From: Eubacteriales bacterium | Lineage (GTDB): Bacteria > Bacillota > Clostridia > Oscillospirales > CAG-272 | Direction of reading: 5' to 3' | NCBI GenBank assembly: GCA_045632285.1 | Contig: JAZQWJ010000002.1 | Span: forward strand, 5,155-69,154 | Length of the DNA stretch: 64,000 bases | Shown: positions 17,007-26,363 of the stretch, piece by piece | Position numbering within the stretch: position 1 is the first letter of the stretch | Layout: every line of letters begins with the position of its first letter | The notes under the pieces: generated by a model | Database searches by the model: none | The model's input: only the letters and a program-made list of their open reading frames with translations | What the model was told of the DNA's origin: nothing | Made by a program: the position numbers and the translations under genes

Positions 17007-18293
17007 ATGGCTGATTACAAAATTGAAACGAAATGCGTGCAGGGTGGCTATACGCCCGGCAACGGAGAGCCCCGTCAGATCCCGATCGTGCAAAGCACGA
17101 CCTTTAAGTATTCCACCAGCGAGGATATGGGAAAGCTGTTTGACCTGGAGGCCTCCGGCTATTTTTATACCCGCTTGCAAAATCCCACCAACGATAGCGT
17201 CGCTGCCAAGATCTGCGAGCTTGAGGGGGGAACTGCCGCTATGCTGACCTCCTCGGGTCAGGCCGCAAACTTTTATGCCGTGTTTAACATCGCCTCCTGT
17301 GGCGATCACGTGGTGGCCTGCTCCACCATCTACGGTGGCACCTTCAACCTGTTTTCCGTTACGATGAAGCGTATGGGTATTGAATTCACCTTCGTTTCGC
17401 CCGACTGCACCGACGAGGAGCTGAACGCTGCATTCCGTGAGAACACCAAGGCCGTGTTTGGAGAGACCATCGCCAACCCCGCACTGACGGTGTTGGATAT
17501 CGAGCGCTTTGCCAATGCGGCACATGCACACGGCGTACCGCTGATCATTGACAACACCTTTGCAACGCCCATCAATTGCCGCCCCTTTGAGTGGGGAGCC
17601 GATATCGTTACACACTCTACCACCAAGTATATGGACGGTCACGGCGCTGCCGTGGGCGGTTGCATCGTGGATAGCGGCAGATTTGATTGGACCAAGTATC
17701 CCGAAAAGTTTCCTGGCCTTTGTACCCCTGATGCCAGCTATCACGGTGTCACGTATACCGAGCGCTTTGGCCTTGCCGGTGCATTTATCACCAAGGCTAC
17801 CGCTCAGCTGATGCGCGACTTTGGCTCGATCCAGTCCCCCCAAAACGCCTTTATCCTCAACCTCGGTCTGGAAAGCCTTCACGTCCGTATGGCTCGCCAT
17901 TGCGAAAACGGCCTTGCCGTTGCTCGCTTCCTCAAATCCGACGACCGCATCGCATGGGTCACCTATCCCGGTCTTGAGGGCGACAAATACCACGATCTGG
18001 CACAAAAATATATGCCCAAGGGCACCTGTGGTGTTGTCAGCTTTGGCGTTAAGGGCGGCAGAAAGGCCGCTGAAAAGTTTATGAAGGGGCTGAAGATCGC
18101 CGCCATCGAGACCCACGTGGCCGATGCCCGCAGCTGCTGCCTGCATCCCGCCAGCGCCACGCACCGCCAAATGACCGACGAGGAGCTGATCGCCGCAGGT
18201 GTTTCTGCCGACCTTGTCCGCCTTTCCTGCGGCATTGAAAATGCCGACGACCTGATCGCCGATATCAAGCAGGCGCTTGACGGTATCAACTGA
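17007..18293 (+). CDS. metY: O-acetylhomoserine sulfhydrylase (aminocarboxypropyltransferase)
   Basis: Cys/Met-metabolism PLP family; PLP-lysine motif HSTTKYMDGHG; ATG 7 nt after AAGAGG. Confidence 0.85.
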   Translation: MADYKIETKCVQGGYTPGNGEPRQIPIVQSTTFKYSTSEDMGKLFDLEASGYFYTRLQNPTNDSVAAKICELEGGTAAMLTSSGQAANFYAVFNIASCGDHVVACSTIYGGTFNLFSVTMKRMGIEFTFVSPDCTDEELNAAFRENTKAVFGETIANPALTVLDIERFANAAHAHGVPLIIDNTFATPINCRPFEWGADIVTHSTTKYMDGHGAAVGGCIVDSGRFDWTKYPEKFPGLCTPDASYHGVTYTERFGLAGAFITKATAQLMRDFGSIQSPQNAFILNLGLESLHVRMARHCENGLAVARFLKSDDRIAWVTYPGLEGDKYHDLAQKYMPKGTCGVVSFGVKGGRKAAEKFMKGLKIAAIETHVADARSCCLHPASATHRQMTDEELIAAGVSADLVRLSCGIENADDLIADIKQALDGIN

Positions 18294-18331
18294 TAATTTT
18301 ATAACGACTTCCCGTAAAGAGAGGTTTTATT

Positions 18332-19249
18332 ATGCCCATCAAAATTCCCAATTTATTGCCCGCAACACAAACGCTGCACGAGGAAAATATCTTTGTTATT
18401 ACCGAGAACCGTGCTGTCACGCAGGATATCCGTCCGTTGCGTATCGTGATGCTCAATCTGATGCCGCAAAAGATCGCCACCGAAACGCAGATCGCGCGTT
18501 TGATCGGCAACACCCCGTTGCAGGTGGAGCTGGAACTGCTGCAGACTGCCACCCACAAATCCACCCATACGTCCGAGGAGCATATGCTGTCCTTTTACAA
18601 GGTCTTTGACGACATCAAGGATCAGAATTTTGACGGCATGATCATCACCGGTGCCCCCGTTGAGCATATGGAGTTTGAGGACGTGGAATATTGGCAGGAG
18701 CTTTGCGAGATCATGGAATGGAGCAAAACGCACGTCACCAGCACCCTGCACATCTGCTGGGGTGCACAGGCCGGCCTTTACTATCATTACGGTGTCCCCA
18801 AGGTACAGCTTGATGCCAAGCTGTTCGGCGTGTTCGAGCATAAGCTGGACTATAAGCGTTCTATCCTGTTCCGTGGCTTTGACGACACTTTTTTGGTGCC
18901 CCATTCTCGCCACACGGCCAACCGCCGCGAGGATATCGAGGGTGTCGAGGGCTTGCGCATTTTGGCCAGCTCAGATGAGGCAGGCGTGTTCGTTGTGTCC
19001 ACCGAGAGAGGTAGACAAATCTTTGTTACGGGTCACTCCGAATATGACGGCGACACCTTGAAAAAGGAATATCTCCGCGACAAGGGAAAGGGCCTGGATA
19101 TCGCCATCCCCAAAAACTATTTCCCGAATGATGATGATACCAAAGAGCCCATCGTGCGCTGGAGAAGCTGCGCCAACCTGTTCTATTCCAACTGGCTCAA
19201 CTACTTCGTTTACCAGACCACGCCCTACGATATTACACAGATCAAATAA
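18332..19249 (+). CDS. metA: homoserine O-acyltransferase (MetA type)
   Basis: MPIKIP...[19 protein letters not shown]-terminus diagnostic for MetA; terminator follows. Confidence 0.9.
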   Translation: MPIKIPNLLPATQTLHEENIFVITENRAVTQDIRPLRIVMLNLMPQKIATETQIARLIGNTPLQVELELLQTATHKSTHTSEEHMLSFYKVFDDIKDQNFDGMIITGAPVEHMEFEDVEYWQELCEIMEWSKTHVTSTLHICWGAQAGLYYHYGVPKVQLDAKLFGVFEHKLDYKRSILFRGFDDTFLVPHSRHTANRREDIEGVEGLRILASSDEAGVFVVSTERGRQIFVTGHSEYDGDTLKKEYLRDKGKGLDIAIPKNYFPNDDDTKEPIVRWRSCANLFYSNWLNYFVYQTTPYDITQIK

Positions 19250-19250
19250 C

Positions 19251-19279
19251 AAAAAAGAGGCCGATCGGCCTCTTTTTTT
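19251..19279 (+). terminator. intrinsic terminator after metA
   Basis: GAGGCC-GATC-GGCCTC followed by TTTTTTT. Confidence 0.8.
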
Positions 19280-19390
19280 GCGTGACTCTGCTCTGTGATT
19301 AAAAACGCTCTGTGGAAACAAAAAAATCCGTAACCAAGCGCTCAAAACAGATAATTTTTAAAAATACCGAAATAAAATCTGCTTCGCTAC

Positions 19391-19419
19391 TTGTAAAAAA
19401 CGAGAAATTGTGATAAAAT
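19391..19419 (+). promoter_or_regulatory. sigma-A promoter of metG
   Basis: TTGTAA-17 nt-TAAAAT with TGA extended -10. Confidence 0.5.
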
Positions 19420-19475
19420 AATAAATTGGTATAGCTCGCCAAGGCGGGCGCTCTGTCCAAAAGGAGAGAATTGAC

Positions 19476-21458
19476 ATGAAAGAAAAGTTTTATTTGACAA
19501 CTGCCATTGCATATGCTTCCCGCAAGCCTCACTTCGGCAACACCTATGAGGTCATTATGGCCGATGCTGTGGCACGTTATAAGAGATTGCGCGGCTTCGA
19601 CGTCTTTTTCTGCACCGGCACCGACGAGCACGGTCAAAAGATCGAGAATCTTGCCAACGAGGCCGGTATCACCCCTCAGAAGTACGTAGACGGTGTAGCA
19701 GGCGAGATCAAGGGCATTTGGGACCGTATGAACTCCAGCTACGACTACTTCATTCGCACCACCGATCAAAACCACGTGGATGCCGTGCAAAAGATCTTTA
19801 AAAAGTTCTACGAGCAGGGCGATATTTATAAGGGGCATTACGAGGGCTGGTACTGCACCCCTTGCGAGTCCTTCTTTACCGAAACACAGGTGGTCGACGG
19901 CAAGTGCCCCGACTGCGGCCGTCCCGTTCAACAGGCCAAGGAGGAGGCTTACTTCTTCAAAATGAGCAACTATGTGGACAAGCTCCTTGCCCACATCGAT
20001 GCCAACCCCGAGTTTATCCAGCCCGAAAGCCGCAAAAAGGAAATGGTCAACAACTTCCTGCGCGTGGAGGGCGGCCTGCAGGATCTGTGCGTATCCCGCA
20101 CCTCCTTCAAGTGGGGCATTCCCGTTGATTTTGACGATCGCCACGTGACCTATGTGTGGTTGGACGCCCTCACCAACTATATCACTGCCCTTGGCTACGA
20201 TCCCGACAAGAGCTATGAGGAGCAGTCCGAGCATTTCAAAAAGTACTGGCCCTGCGACGTGCACGTGATCGGCAAGGATATTCTGCGCTTCCATACCATC
20301 TATTGGCCCATTTTCCTGATGGCCCTTGGCCTGCCGCTTCCCAAAAAGGTGTTTGGCCATCCTTGGTTCAATGCCGCAGAGGAAAAGAAGGGTGGCGACG
20401 GAGCCGAGGTCAAGATGTCCAAGTCCCGCGGCAATGTGATCTATGCCGACGAGCTGGCCGAGACCTTTGGCGTGGACGGTGTGCGTCACTTTGCACTGTC
20501 CGAAATGCCCTACGATCAGGACGGCCGCATCTGCTATACCAACGTGCTGACCCGCTATAACACCGACCTTGCCAATAACCTCGGCAATCTTGTCAGCCGT
20601 ACCCACGCCATGACCAAAAAGTATTTTGACGGCGTGATCCCCGCACCTGCCGCAGAGGAGGGAACCGATGCAGAGCTGAAGGCCGCATTCGCCACCGCCA
20701 AAGCCGATTTCGAGCGCTATATGGACGATTACCATATCGCAGATGCTTGCGATGCCATCTTCAATGCTCTGCGCCGCGCCAATAAGTATATTGACGAGAC
20801 AACGCCTTGGGCGCTGGCCAAGGATGAGGGCAACAAGCCCCGTCTTGGCACCGTGCTCTACAATTTGCTGGAGTGCATCCGTACCGCCGCCGTGATGCTG
20901 CAGGCGCTGCTGCCCGCCACCGCTGCCTCTATCTTTGCACAGATCAACACCGACAAGACCGACTATGCCACCATTGATGCCTTTGGCGCATTGGAGGCAG
21001 GCAAGTCCCTCGGCGATGCCGTGATGCTGTTTGCCCGTGTGGACGAGAAGGTGGTCGATGAGATCATCAAAAAGCGTGAGGAGGCCGCTCTTGCCGCAGA
21101 GAAGGCAAACGCCCCCGTTGAAAAGCCCGAGGGCTGCGCACTGATCGGCATCGAGGACTTTATGAAGGTCGAGCTTCGCACCGCCAAGATCCTTTCTGCC
21201 GAGCGTGTGCCCAAGGCCAAAAAGCTGCTGAAGCTGCAGGTGGATCTTGGCTACGAGCAGCGTCAGGTGGTTTCCGGCATTGCCAAGTTCTACGAGCCCG
21301 AGGCACTGATCGGCAAAAAGATCATCCTTGTTGTAAATCTGAAGCCCGCCGTGCTTTGCGGTATCGAGTCCAACGGTATGATCCTTGCCAGCGGTGAGGA
21401 GCAGATCCGTGTGGTGTTCTTGGATCCCGAAACGCCTCTTGGAGAGCGCGTACGCTAA
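19476..21458 (+). CDS. metG: methionine-tRNA ligase with C-terminal tRNA-binding domain
   Basis: HIGH-like PHFGNTYE, KMSKS (VKMSKSRGN), zinc knuckle CTPCESF...CPDCGRP, C-terminal EMAP/Trbp111-like LRTAKILSAERVPKAKKLLKLQVDLG. Confidence 0.95.
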   Translation: MKEKFYLTTAIAYASRKPHFGNTYEVIMADAVARYKRLRGFDVFFCTGTDEHGQKIENLANEAGITPQKYVDGVAGEIKGIWDRMNSSYDYFIRTTDQNHVDAVQKIFKKFYEQGDIYKGHYEGWYCTPCESFFTETQVVDGKCPDCGRPVQQAKEEAYFFKMSNYVDKLLAHIDANPEFIQPESRKKEMVNNFLRVEGGLQDLCVSRTSFKWGIPVDFDDRHVTYVWLDALTNYITALGYDPDKSYEEQSEHFKKYWPCDVHVIGKDILRFHTIYWPIFLMALGLPLPKKVFGHPWFNAAEEKKGGDGAEVKMSKSRGNVIYADELAETFGVDGVRHFALSEMPYDQDGRICYTNVLTRYNTDLANNLGNLVSRTHAMTKKYFDGVIPAPAAEEGTDAELKAAFATAKADFERYMDDYHIADACDAIFNALRRANKYIDETTPWALAKDEGNKPRLGTVLYNLLECIRTAAVMLQALLPATAASIFAQINTDKTDYATIDAFGALEAGKSLGDAVMLFARVDEKVVDEIIKKREEAALAAEKANAPVEKPEGCALIGIEDFMKVELRTAKILSAERVPKAKKLLKLQVDLGYEQRQVVSGIAKFYEPEALIGKKIILVVNLKPAVLCGIESNGMILASGEEQIRVVFLDPETPLGERVR

Positions 21459-21464
21459 GCCTTT

Positions 21465-21568
21465 GAAAAATCGTGCATAGCTGCGTTGCTCCTCAAAAGC
21501 GGCTCGACGTACGCTATGTACGCCTTCGCCTTGCTTTTTGTGGTGCGCCTTGCTCTGCGCAATTTTTC
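21465..21568. repeat. long imperfect intergenic hairpin element (copy A)
   Basis: Outer arms GAAAAATCGTGCA / TGCGCAATTTTTC (11/13 complementary plus one G-U) enclose inner stems and the core GACGTACGCTATGTACGCC. Confidence 0.5.
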
Positions 21569-21611
21569 TGCGGCTTGTAAATGCTTTTACTTAAAGATTT
21601 TTGAAAGGGGT

Positions 21612-21643
21612 GCGGGGGAAACTGTTGCAAAGGTTTCCCCCGC
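21612..21643 (+). other. perfect GC-rich hairpin abutting the tatD start
   Basis: GCGGGGGAAAC-TGTTGCAAAG-GTTTCCCCCGC, 11-bp stem ending 8 nt before the tatD ATG. Confidence 0.6.
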
Positions 21644-21651
21644 ATAATATT

Positions 21652-22449
21652 ATGGAAAAACTTTTCGACTCCCACGCACATTATTACGACAGCCGCTTTG
21701 CGCAAGAGGGGGACGGTGCCCATACGTTGCTGACGGCGCTGTTTGCCGACAACGTGGGGTATATCGTGAATATCGGCACCGATATTGAAAACTCAAAAAT
21801 TTGCATCGCGCAAGCGGCAAAATATGAAAACATGTACTGCACCGTGGGCATCCATCCCACCGACGGTCTGCGGTACGAGGATCCCGACAAGGCCTTGGCC
21901 GAGCTGGAGCAACTGCTTGGCACGCCCGAGAGCCGCAAGGCGCAAAAGATCGTGGCCCTTGGTGAGATCGGATTGGATTATTACTGGGACACCGAGCATA
22001 AGGAAAAGCAGGCATACATCCTTGAAAAGCAGCTCCAAATGGCCGAAACGCACGACCTGCCCGTGATCATCCACGACCGTGAGGCGCACGGCGATTGCTT
22101 TGATGCCATCTGCCGTCACCCAAAGGTGCGGGGCGTGTTCCACAGCTACAGCGGCAGCGCCGAAATGGCCAAGGATCTCGTTCGTCGTGGCTGGTACATC
22201 TCTTTTTCGGGCGTGGCGACCTTCAAAAACGCGCCCAAGGTGCGGGAGGCTATTGCCATTGTGCCAAACGACCGTATTCTGATCGAAACCGATGCGCCCT
22301 ACCTCGCTCCCGTCCCCCATCGCGGTAAAATGAATCATTCGGGCTATATGCTCCACACTGCCGAGGCTGTAGCTGCGGTGAAAGGAATCGACACCGACAC
22401 CGCCATCCGCATGACCGCCGCAAACGCCAAACGGTTGTTTGGGCTTTGA
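21652..22449 (+). CDS. tatD: TatD-family metal-dependent hydrolase/DNase
   Basis: Start at MEKLFDSHAHYYD (typical TatD N-terminus); no obvious SD; ORF-track 5' extension rejected. Confidence 0.85.
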   Translation: MEKLFDSHAHYYDSRFAQEGDGAHTLLTALFADNVGYIVNIGTDIENSKICIAQAAKYENMYCTVGIHPTDGLRYEDPDKALAELEQLLGTPESRKAQKIVALGEIGLDYYWDTEHKEKQAYILEKQLQMAETHDLPVIIHDREAHGDCFDAICRHPKVRGVFHSYSGSAEMAKDLVRRGWYISFSGVATFKNAPKVREAIAIVPNDRILIETDAPYLAPVPHRGKMNHSGYMLHTAEAVAAVKGIDTDTAIRMTAANAKRLFGL

Positions 22450-22490
22450 TCTGCCCCCAAATGCACAAGTTTTTCATCAAAATCACCACC

Positions 22491-22521
22491 AAACGGCGCC
22501 TTTGAGCGCCGTTTTCTTTTC
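22491..22521 (+). terminator. intrinsic terminator after tatD
   Basis: ACGGCGC-CTTTGA-GCGCCGT followed by TTTTCTTTTC. Confidence 0.7.
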
Positions 22522-22567
22522 AAATATATAATTTTATTCTTTTTTGCGGAAAATTTTGCCGAAACAC

Positions 22568-22596
22568 TTGATAAAAGCTTGACAATATGGTAAAAT
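22568..22596 (+). promoter_or_regulatory. sigma-A promoter of pgk-tpiA
   Basis: TTGATA-17 nt-TAAAAT with TGG extended -10. Confidence 0.55.
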
Positions 22597-22670
22597 ATAT
22601 CTGTTAAACTGGGTTTGTGTGGGCTTGTGTGCCACAGCAGCCCTAAATTTACGAAAGGTGGTTTTTTCAA

Positions 22671-23966
22671 ATGACCTACAACAAGAAGACGATCGAGGAT
22701 ATCGAAGTCAAGGGCAAAAAGGTTATTGCCCGTTGCGATTTCAACGTTCCCATGCAAAATGGTGTCATCACCGACGACAAGCGCATCGTCGGCGCTCTGC
22801 CCACCATCAAGTATCTGGTTGACAACGGCGCCGCTGTGATCCTGTGCTCTCACTTCGGCCGCCCCCACAACATCCTGGATGCCAAGCTGGAGCTTGACAA
22901 GAAGGAGAAGAAGAAGGTCGAGGCTCTTCCCGAGGAGGAGCGCGAGGCTGCTACCGCCAAGTTCCTTGACGGTGCTAAGAACGACAACGTTAAGTTCTCC
23001 CTTGCTCCCGTAGCAAAGAGACTTTCCGAGCTGCTGGGCGTTGAGGTCCAGATGGCTACCGACGTGGTGGGCCCCGATGCAAAGGCTAAGGCCGCTGCAC
23101 TTAAGCCCGGTCAGGTCCTGCTGCTTGAGAACGTTCGTTTCCACAAGAAGGAGACCAAGAACGATCCCGAGTTCGCTAAGGAAATGGCTTCTATGGCTGA
23201 GATCTACGTCAACGACGCATTCGGCACCGCACACCGTGCACACGCCTCCACCGCAGGCCTTGCCGATTATCTGCCCGCAGTTTGCGGCTACCTGATCCAG
23301 AAGGAGATCTCCATCATGGGCGGCGCTCTGTCCGAGCCCAAGCGTCCCTTCGTTGCCATTCTCGGCGGCGCAAAGGTTTCCGATAAGATCGGTGTTATCA
23401 ACAACCTCATCGAAAAGGTCGATACCCTCATCGTCGGCGGCGGTATGGCTTACACCTTCTTCAAGGCTCAGGGCCTGGAGATCGGTACCTCCATTTGCGA
23501 GGCTGACAAGCTGGATATGGCTCGCGAGCTGATGGAAAAGGCTGCTGCTAAGGGCGTTAAGTTCCTGCTGCCCGTTGACAACAAGCTGGGCAAGGAGTAC
23601 GATCCCAACACCGAGAGCATGACCGTTGACTCCGACAAGATCCCCGAGGGCTGGATGGGTCTGGATATCGGCCCCAAGTCTCAGGCTCTGTTCGCAGAGG
23701 AGCTGAAGAACGCAGGCACCGTTGTTTGGAACGGTCCCATGGGCGTTTCCGAGTGGGATAACTTCGCTGCAGGCACTCACGCCGTTGCAAACGCCGTGGC
23801 TGCTTCCAACGCCATCTCTATCATCGGCGGCGGTGACTCCGCAGCTGCTGTTGAAAAGCTTGGCTTTGCCGATAAGATGACCCACGTTTCCACCGGTGGC
23901 GGCGCTTCTCTCGAGTTCCTCGAGGGCAAGACCCTTCCCGGCATTGCTTGCCTTGCTGACAAATAA
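22671..23966 (+). CDS. pgk: phosphoglycerate kinase (with an internal charged insertion)
   Basis: [11 protein letters not shown] and [21 protein letters not shown] motifs; 431 aa. Confidence 0.95.
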   Translation: MTYNKKTIEDIEVKGKKVIARCDFNVPMQNGVITDDKRIVGALPTIKYLVDNGAAVILCSHFGRPHNILDAKLELDKKEKKKVEALPEEEREAATAKFLDGAKNDNVKFSLAPVAKRLSELLGVEVQMATDVVGPDAKAKAAALKPGQVLLLENVRFHKKETKNDPEFAKEMASMAEIYVNDAFGTAHRAHASTAGLADYLPAVCGYLIQKEISIMGGALSEPKRPFVAILGGAKVSDKIGVINNLIEKVDTLIVGGGMAYTFFKAQGLEIGTSICEADKLDMARELMEKAAAKGVKFLLPVDNKLGKEYDPNTESMTVDSDKIPEGWMGLDIGPKSQALFAEELKNAGTVVWNGPMGVSEWDNFAAGTHAVANAVAASNAISIIGGGDSAAAVEKLGFADKMTHVSTGGGASLEFLEGKTLPGIACLADK

Positions 23967-23991
23967 TTTATAACTGAAAGGGAATAGAACA

Positions 23992-24759
23992 ATGAATCCT
24001 GCAAAGAGAAGAACTGTAATTGCCGGCAACTGGAAGATGAACTTCACCCCTGCCGAGGCAACTGCTTTCATCAACGAGATCAAGCCCATGATCGAGGGCA
24101 AGAACAACTGTGACGTGATCTTCTGCGCTCCCTTCGTCACCATCACCGCTGCTATGGAGGCTGCAAAGGGCTCTAACATCGTGATCGGTGCCGAGAACGT
24201 GCACTACGAGGCAAAGGGCGCCTACACCGGCGAGATCTCTGCCGATATGCTCAAGGCCATCGGTGTCAACACCGTTCTGGTCGGCCATTCCGAGCGCCGT
24301 CAGTACTTTGGCGAGACCGACGAGACCGTAAATCTGCGTACCAAGGCCGCTTTGGCTGCCGGTATGCGCGTCATCCTGTGCATGGGTGAGGTTAAGGAGC
24401 AGCGCCTTGCAGGCATCACCAACGAGATCTGCGCTATGCAGATCAAGCTGGATCTTGCCGGCATTTCCGCTGAGGATATGAAGAACGTGATCATCGCTTA
24501 CGAGCCCGTTTGGGCCATCGGCACCGGCCTGACTGCTACCCCCGAGCAGGCTGAGGATGCTTGCGCTGTGATCCGCGCTACCATTGCCGAGCTTTACGGC
24601 AACGAGGTTGCAGAGGCAACCACCATTCAGTACGGCGGCTCTATGAACGATGCCAATGCTGCAGAGCTGCTGGCTCAGCCCAACATTGACGGCGGTCTCA
24701 TTGGCGGCGCTTCTCTGGTTGCAAAGAAGTTTACTGCGATCGTTGACGCTGCACAGTAA
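23992..24759 (+). CDS. tpiA: triose-phosphate isomerase
   Basis: AGNWKMN and [11 protein letters not shown] motifs. Confidence 0.95.
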   Translation: MNPAKRRTVIAGNWKMNFTPAEATAFINEIKPMIEGKNNCDVIFCAPFVTITAAMEAAKGSNIVIGAENVHYEAKGAYTGEISADMLKAIGVNTVLVGHSERRQYFGETDETVNLRTKAALAAGMRVILCMGEVKEQRLAGITNEICAMQIKLDLAGISAEDMKNVIIAYEPVWAIGTGLTATPEQAEDACAVIRATIAELYGNEVAEATTIQYGGSMNDANAAELLAQPNIDGGLIGGASLVAKKFTAIVDAAQ

Positions 24760-24798
24760 TTAAACAAGGGCTGACGCCTTTGGCGCAGAGCAAAACGC

Positions 24799-24843
24799 AG
24801 AGGCTGTCCTTTGTCCGTTTTAAGGGGCAAGGGACAGCCTCTC
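24799..24843 (+). terminator. probable terminator after tpiA
   Basis: GAGGCTGTCCTTTG...CAAGGGACAGCCTC hairpin (one mismatch); weak U tract. Confidence 0.5.
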
Positions 24844-24860
24844 TTGCAATATGCGTTTTT

Positions 24861-24917
24861 GGGCGCGCTCGCAGGATTTGACGTAGGCTTCTACGCCGGC
24901 ACCCTGCGATCACGCCC
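24861..24917. repeat. intergenic hairpin element (copy B) sharing its core with copy A
   Basis: Arms GGGCGCGCTCGCAGG / CCTGCGATCACGCCC (13/15 complementary) enclose the core GACGTAGGCTTCTACGCC. Confidence 0.45.
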
Positions 24918-24961
24918 TCTGCATCCAAATCCGCACGCCCAGGAAATTTTAAGGAGAATTT

Positions 24962-25336
24962 ATGGCAAACTATCGTAGAGGAAGAATCAACGACGAGATG
25001 CAAAAGACCCTGGCCGAGATCCTGCGCGAGGTCAAGGATCCCCGCGTCAGCAAGGCCTTTATCAGCGTGACCGGTGTGGATGTGACTCCCGATCTTAAAT
25101 TTGCAAAGGTCTATTATTCGGCAATGCAGGGCGATAAAAAAGAGGTTTATCTGGGGCTTAAGTCCTCGGCGGGCTTTATCCGCCGTCAGGTGGCTCAGCG
25201 TATGAATCTGCGCGCCACTCCTGAGTTTACCTTTGTAGAGGATCAGTCCATCGCCTACGGTGCGCGCATCTCCACCATTCTCAATTCCATCACCATCACC
25301 GATCCTGACGAGGAAGAGAACGGCGAGGAAGGCTGA
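24962..25336 (+). CDS. rbfA: ribosome-binding factor A
   Basis: RINDEMQKTLAEILREVKDPRV...FISVTGVDVTPDLKFAKVYYS typical RbfA; AAGGAG RBS. Confidence 0.9.
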   Translation: MANYRRGRINDEMQKTLAEILREVKDPRVSKAFISVTGVDVTPDLKFAKVYYSAMQGDKKEVYLGLKSSAGFIRRQVAQRMNLRATPEFTFVEDQSIAYGARISTILNSITITDPDEEENGEEG

Positions 25337-25337
25337 T

Positions 25338-26321
25338 ATGGAGTACCGTAAGCTGATGCCGCAAGAGGTGATCGAGCAGCTGCTGCTTCCGGCACCCACT
25401 TGCATTTTATTTCACGTCAATCCGGATGCCGATGCCATTGGATCCGCCTTTGCGTTGGCCGCATTTTTAAAGGCGCAGGGCAGCAATTGCTATTGCCTTT
25501 GTGCAAGCGAGGTACCGGAGCGGTTGCAATTTCTCGTCAACGGTATGCAAAAAAGCGTACTTCCCGCCTCTCTGCCTGCCGAATTTGAGAATGCGCGCTT
25601 TATCACTGTAGATACAGCCTCCCCCGCGCAGCTGGGTACTTTGTACGGGCTGTACGGTGATCGCATCTCGCTGATGATCGATCATCACGGCAAGGGCACG
25701 GCCTATGCCGACAATCTGATCGTTCCCGATGCGGCCGCCTGTGGCGAGATCGTGTTTGATCTGATCGCTGCCACCGGCAAAGAGGCGCCTGAAGTCTGCG
25801 CCACTCTACTGTATGCCGCCATCAGCGGCGATACGGGCGGATTCCGTTATTCCAACACCACAAAAGAGACGCACTTGCGCGCAGCCGCATTGGTCGAGAG
25901 TGGCGTGGATGTAGCCGAGATCAGCCGCAAACTGTTTGAGACCAAATCGATGCAGGTGCTGCGTGCCGAGCAGCTGGCGCTGGAGCGTCTGCGCTTGTAC
26001 GAGAACGGTCGCATTGCCATTGCAGCCATTTCTCATGACGATAAGCAGTTCAATAAGCTGGAGGATGAGCATTTGTCCACCGTTGTGGATATTGCCCGCT
26101 CGGTGGCGGGCGTGGAGATAGCCGTGGCTATCCGCCAACCCGGTGAAGACGGCATTTTCCGCGTTTCTATGCGCGCCAACGCCGATATCGACGTGTCCGA
26201 GATCTGCGCTGCCTTTGGCGGTGGCGGACACAAGCGCGCCGCGGGTGCTACCGTCAGTGCCGCCGGCATTGCCGATGCAGAGGCAAGAGTGCTTGCCGAG
26301 ATCGTGGCAAAGATCGGTTGA
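25338..26321 (+). CDS. nrnA: DHH/DHHA1 phosphoesterase (NrnA-type oligoribonuclease/pAp phosphatase)
   Basis: HVNPDADAIGS, MIDHHGKG (DHH), GGGGHKRAAG (DHHA1); ATG 2 nt after rbfA stop. Confidence 0.8.
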   Translation: MEYRKLMPQEVIEQLLLPAPTCILFHVNPDADAIGSAFALAAFLKAQGSNCYCLCASEVPERLQFLVNGMQKSVLPASLPAEFENARFITVDTASPAQLGTLYGLYGDRISLMIDHHGKGTAYADNLIVPDAAACGEIVFDLIAATGKEAPEVCATLLYAAISGDTGGFRYSNTTKETHLRAAALVESGVDVAEISRKLFETKSMQVLRAEQLALERLRLYENGRIAIAAISHDDKQFNKLEDEHLSTVVDIARSVAGVEIAVAIRQPGEDGIFRVSMRANADIDVSEICAAFGGGGHKRAAGATVSAAGIADAEARVLAEIVAKIG

Positions 26322-26326
26322 TAAAC

Positions 26327-26361
26327 AAAAAAGGCTCTTGCCGTTTGGCAAGAGCCTTTTT
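26327..26361. terminator. bidirectional intrinsic terminator (nrnA / MATE)
   Basis: AAAAAGGCTCTTGCC-GTTT-GGCAAGAGCCTTTTT. Confidence 0.8.
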
Positions 26362-26363
26362 GA

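Noticed and set aside
16965-18170. 401-aa minus-strand ORF
   Set aside because: It is antisense to metY, which has a clear PLP-lysine motif and RBS. It is a shadow ORF.
19250-19475. Possible T-box leader upstream of metG
   Set aside because: The predicted promoter leaves a ~55-nt leader. There is no T-box consensus (AATTAGGGTGGTACCGCG-like) and no terminator/antiterminator pair.
19299-20735. 478-aa minus-strand ORF
   Set aside because: It is antisense to metG (HIGH and KMSKS motifs on the plus strand). It is a shadow ORF.
22344-24179. 611-aa minus-strand ORF, the longest unexplained ORF in the track
   Set aside because: It spans the tatD 3' end, all of pgk and the tpiA 5' end on the opposite strand. 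The plus-strand genes are unambiguous, and this ORF has no RBS or domain.
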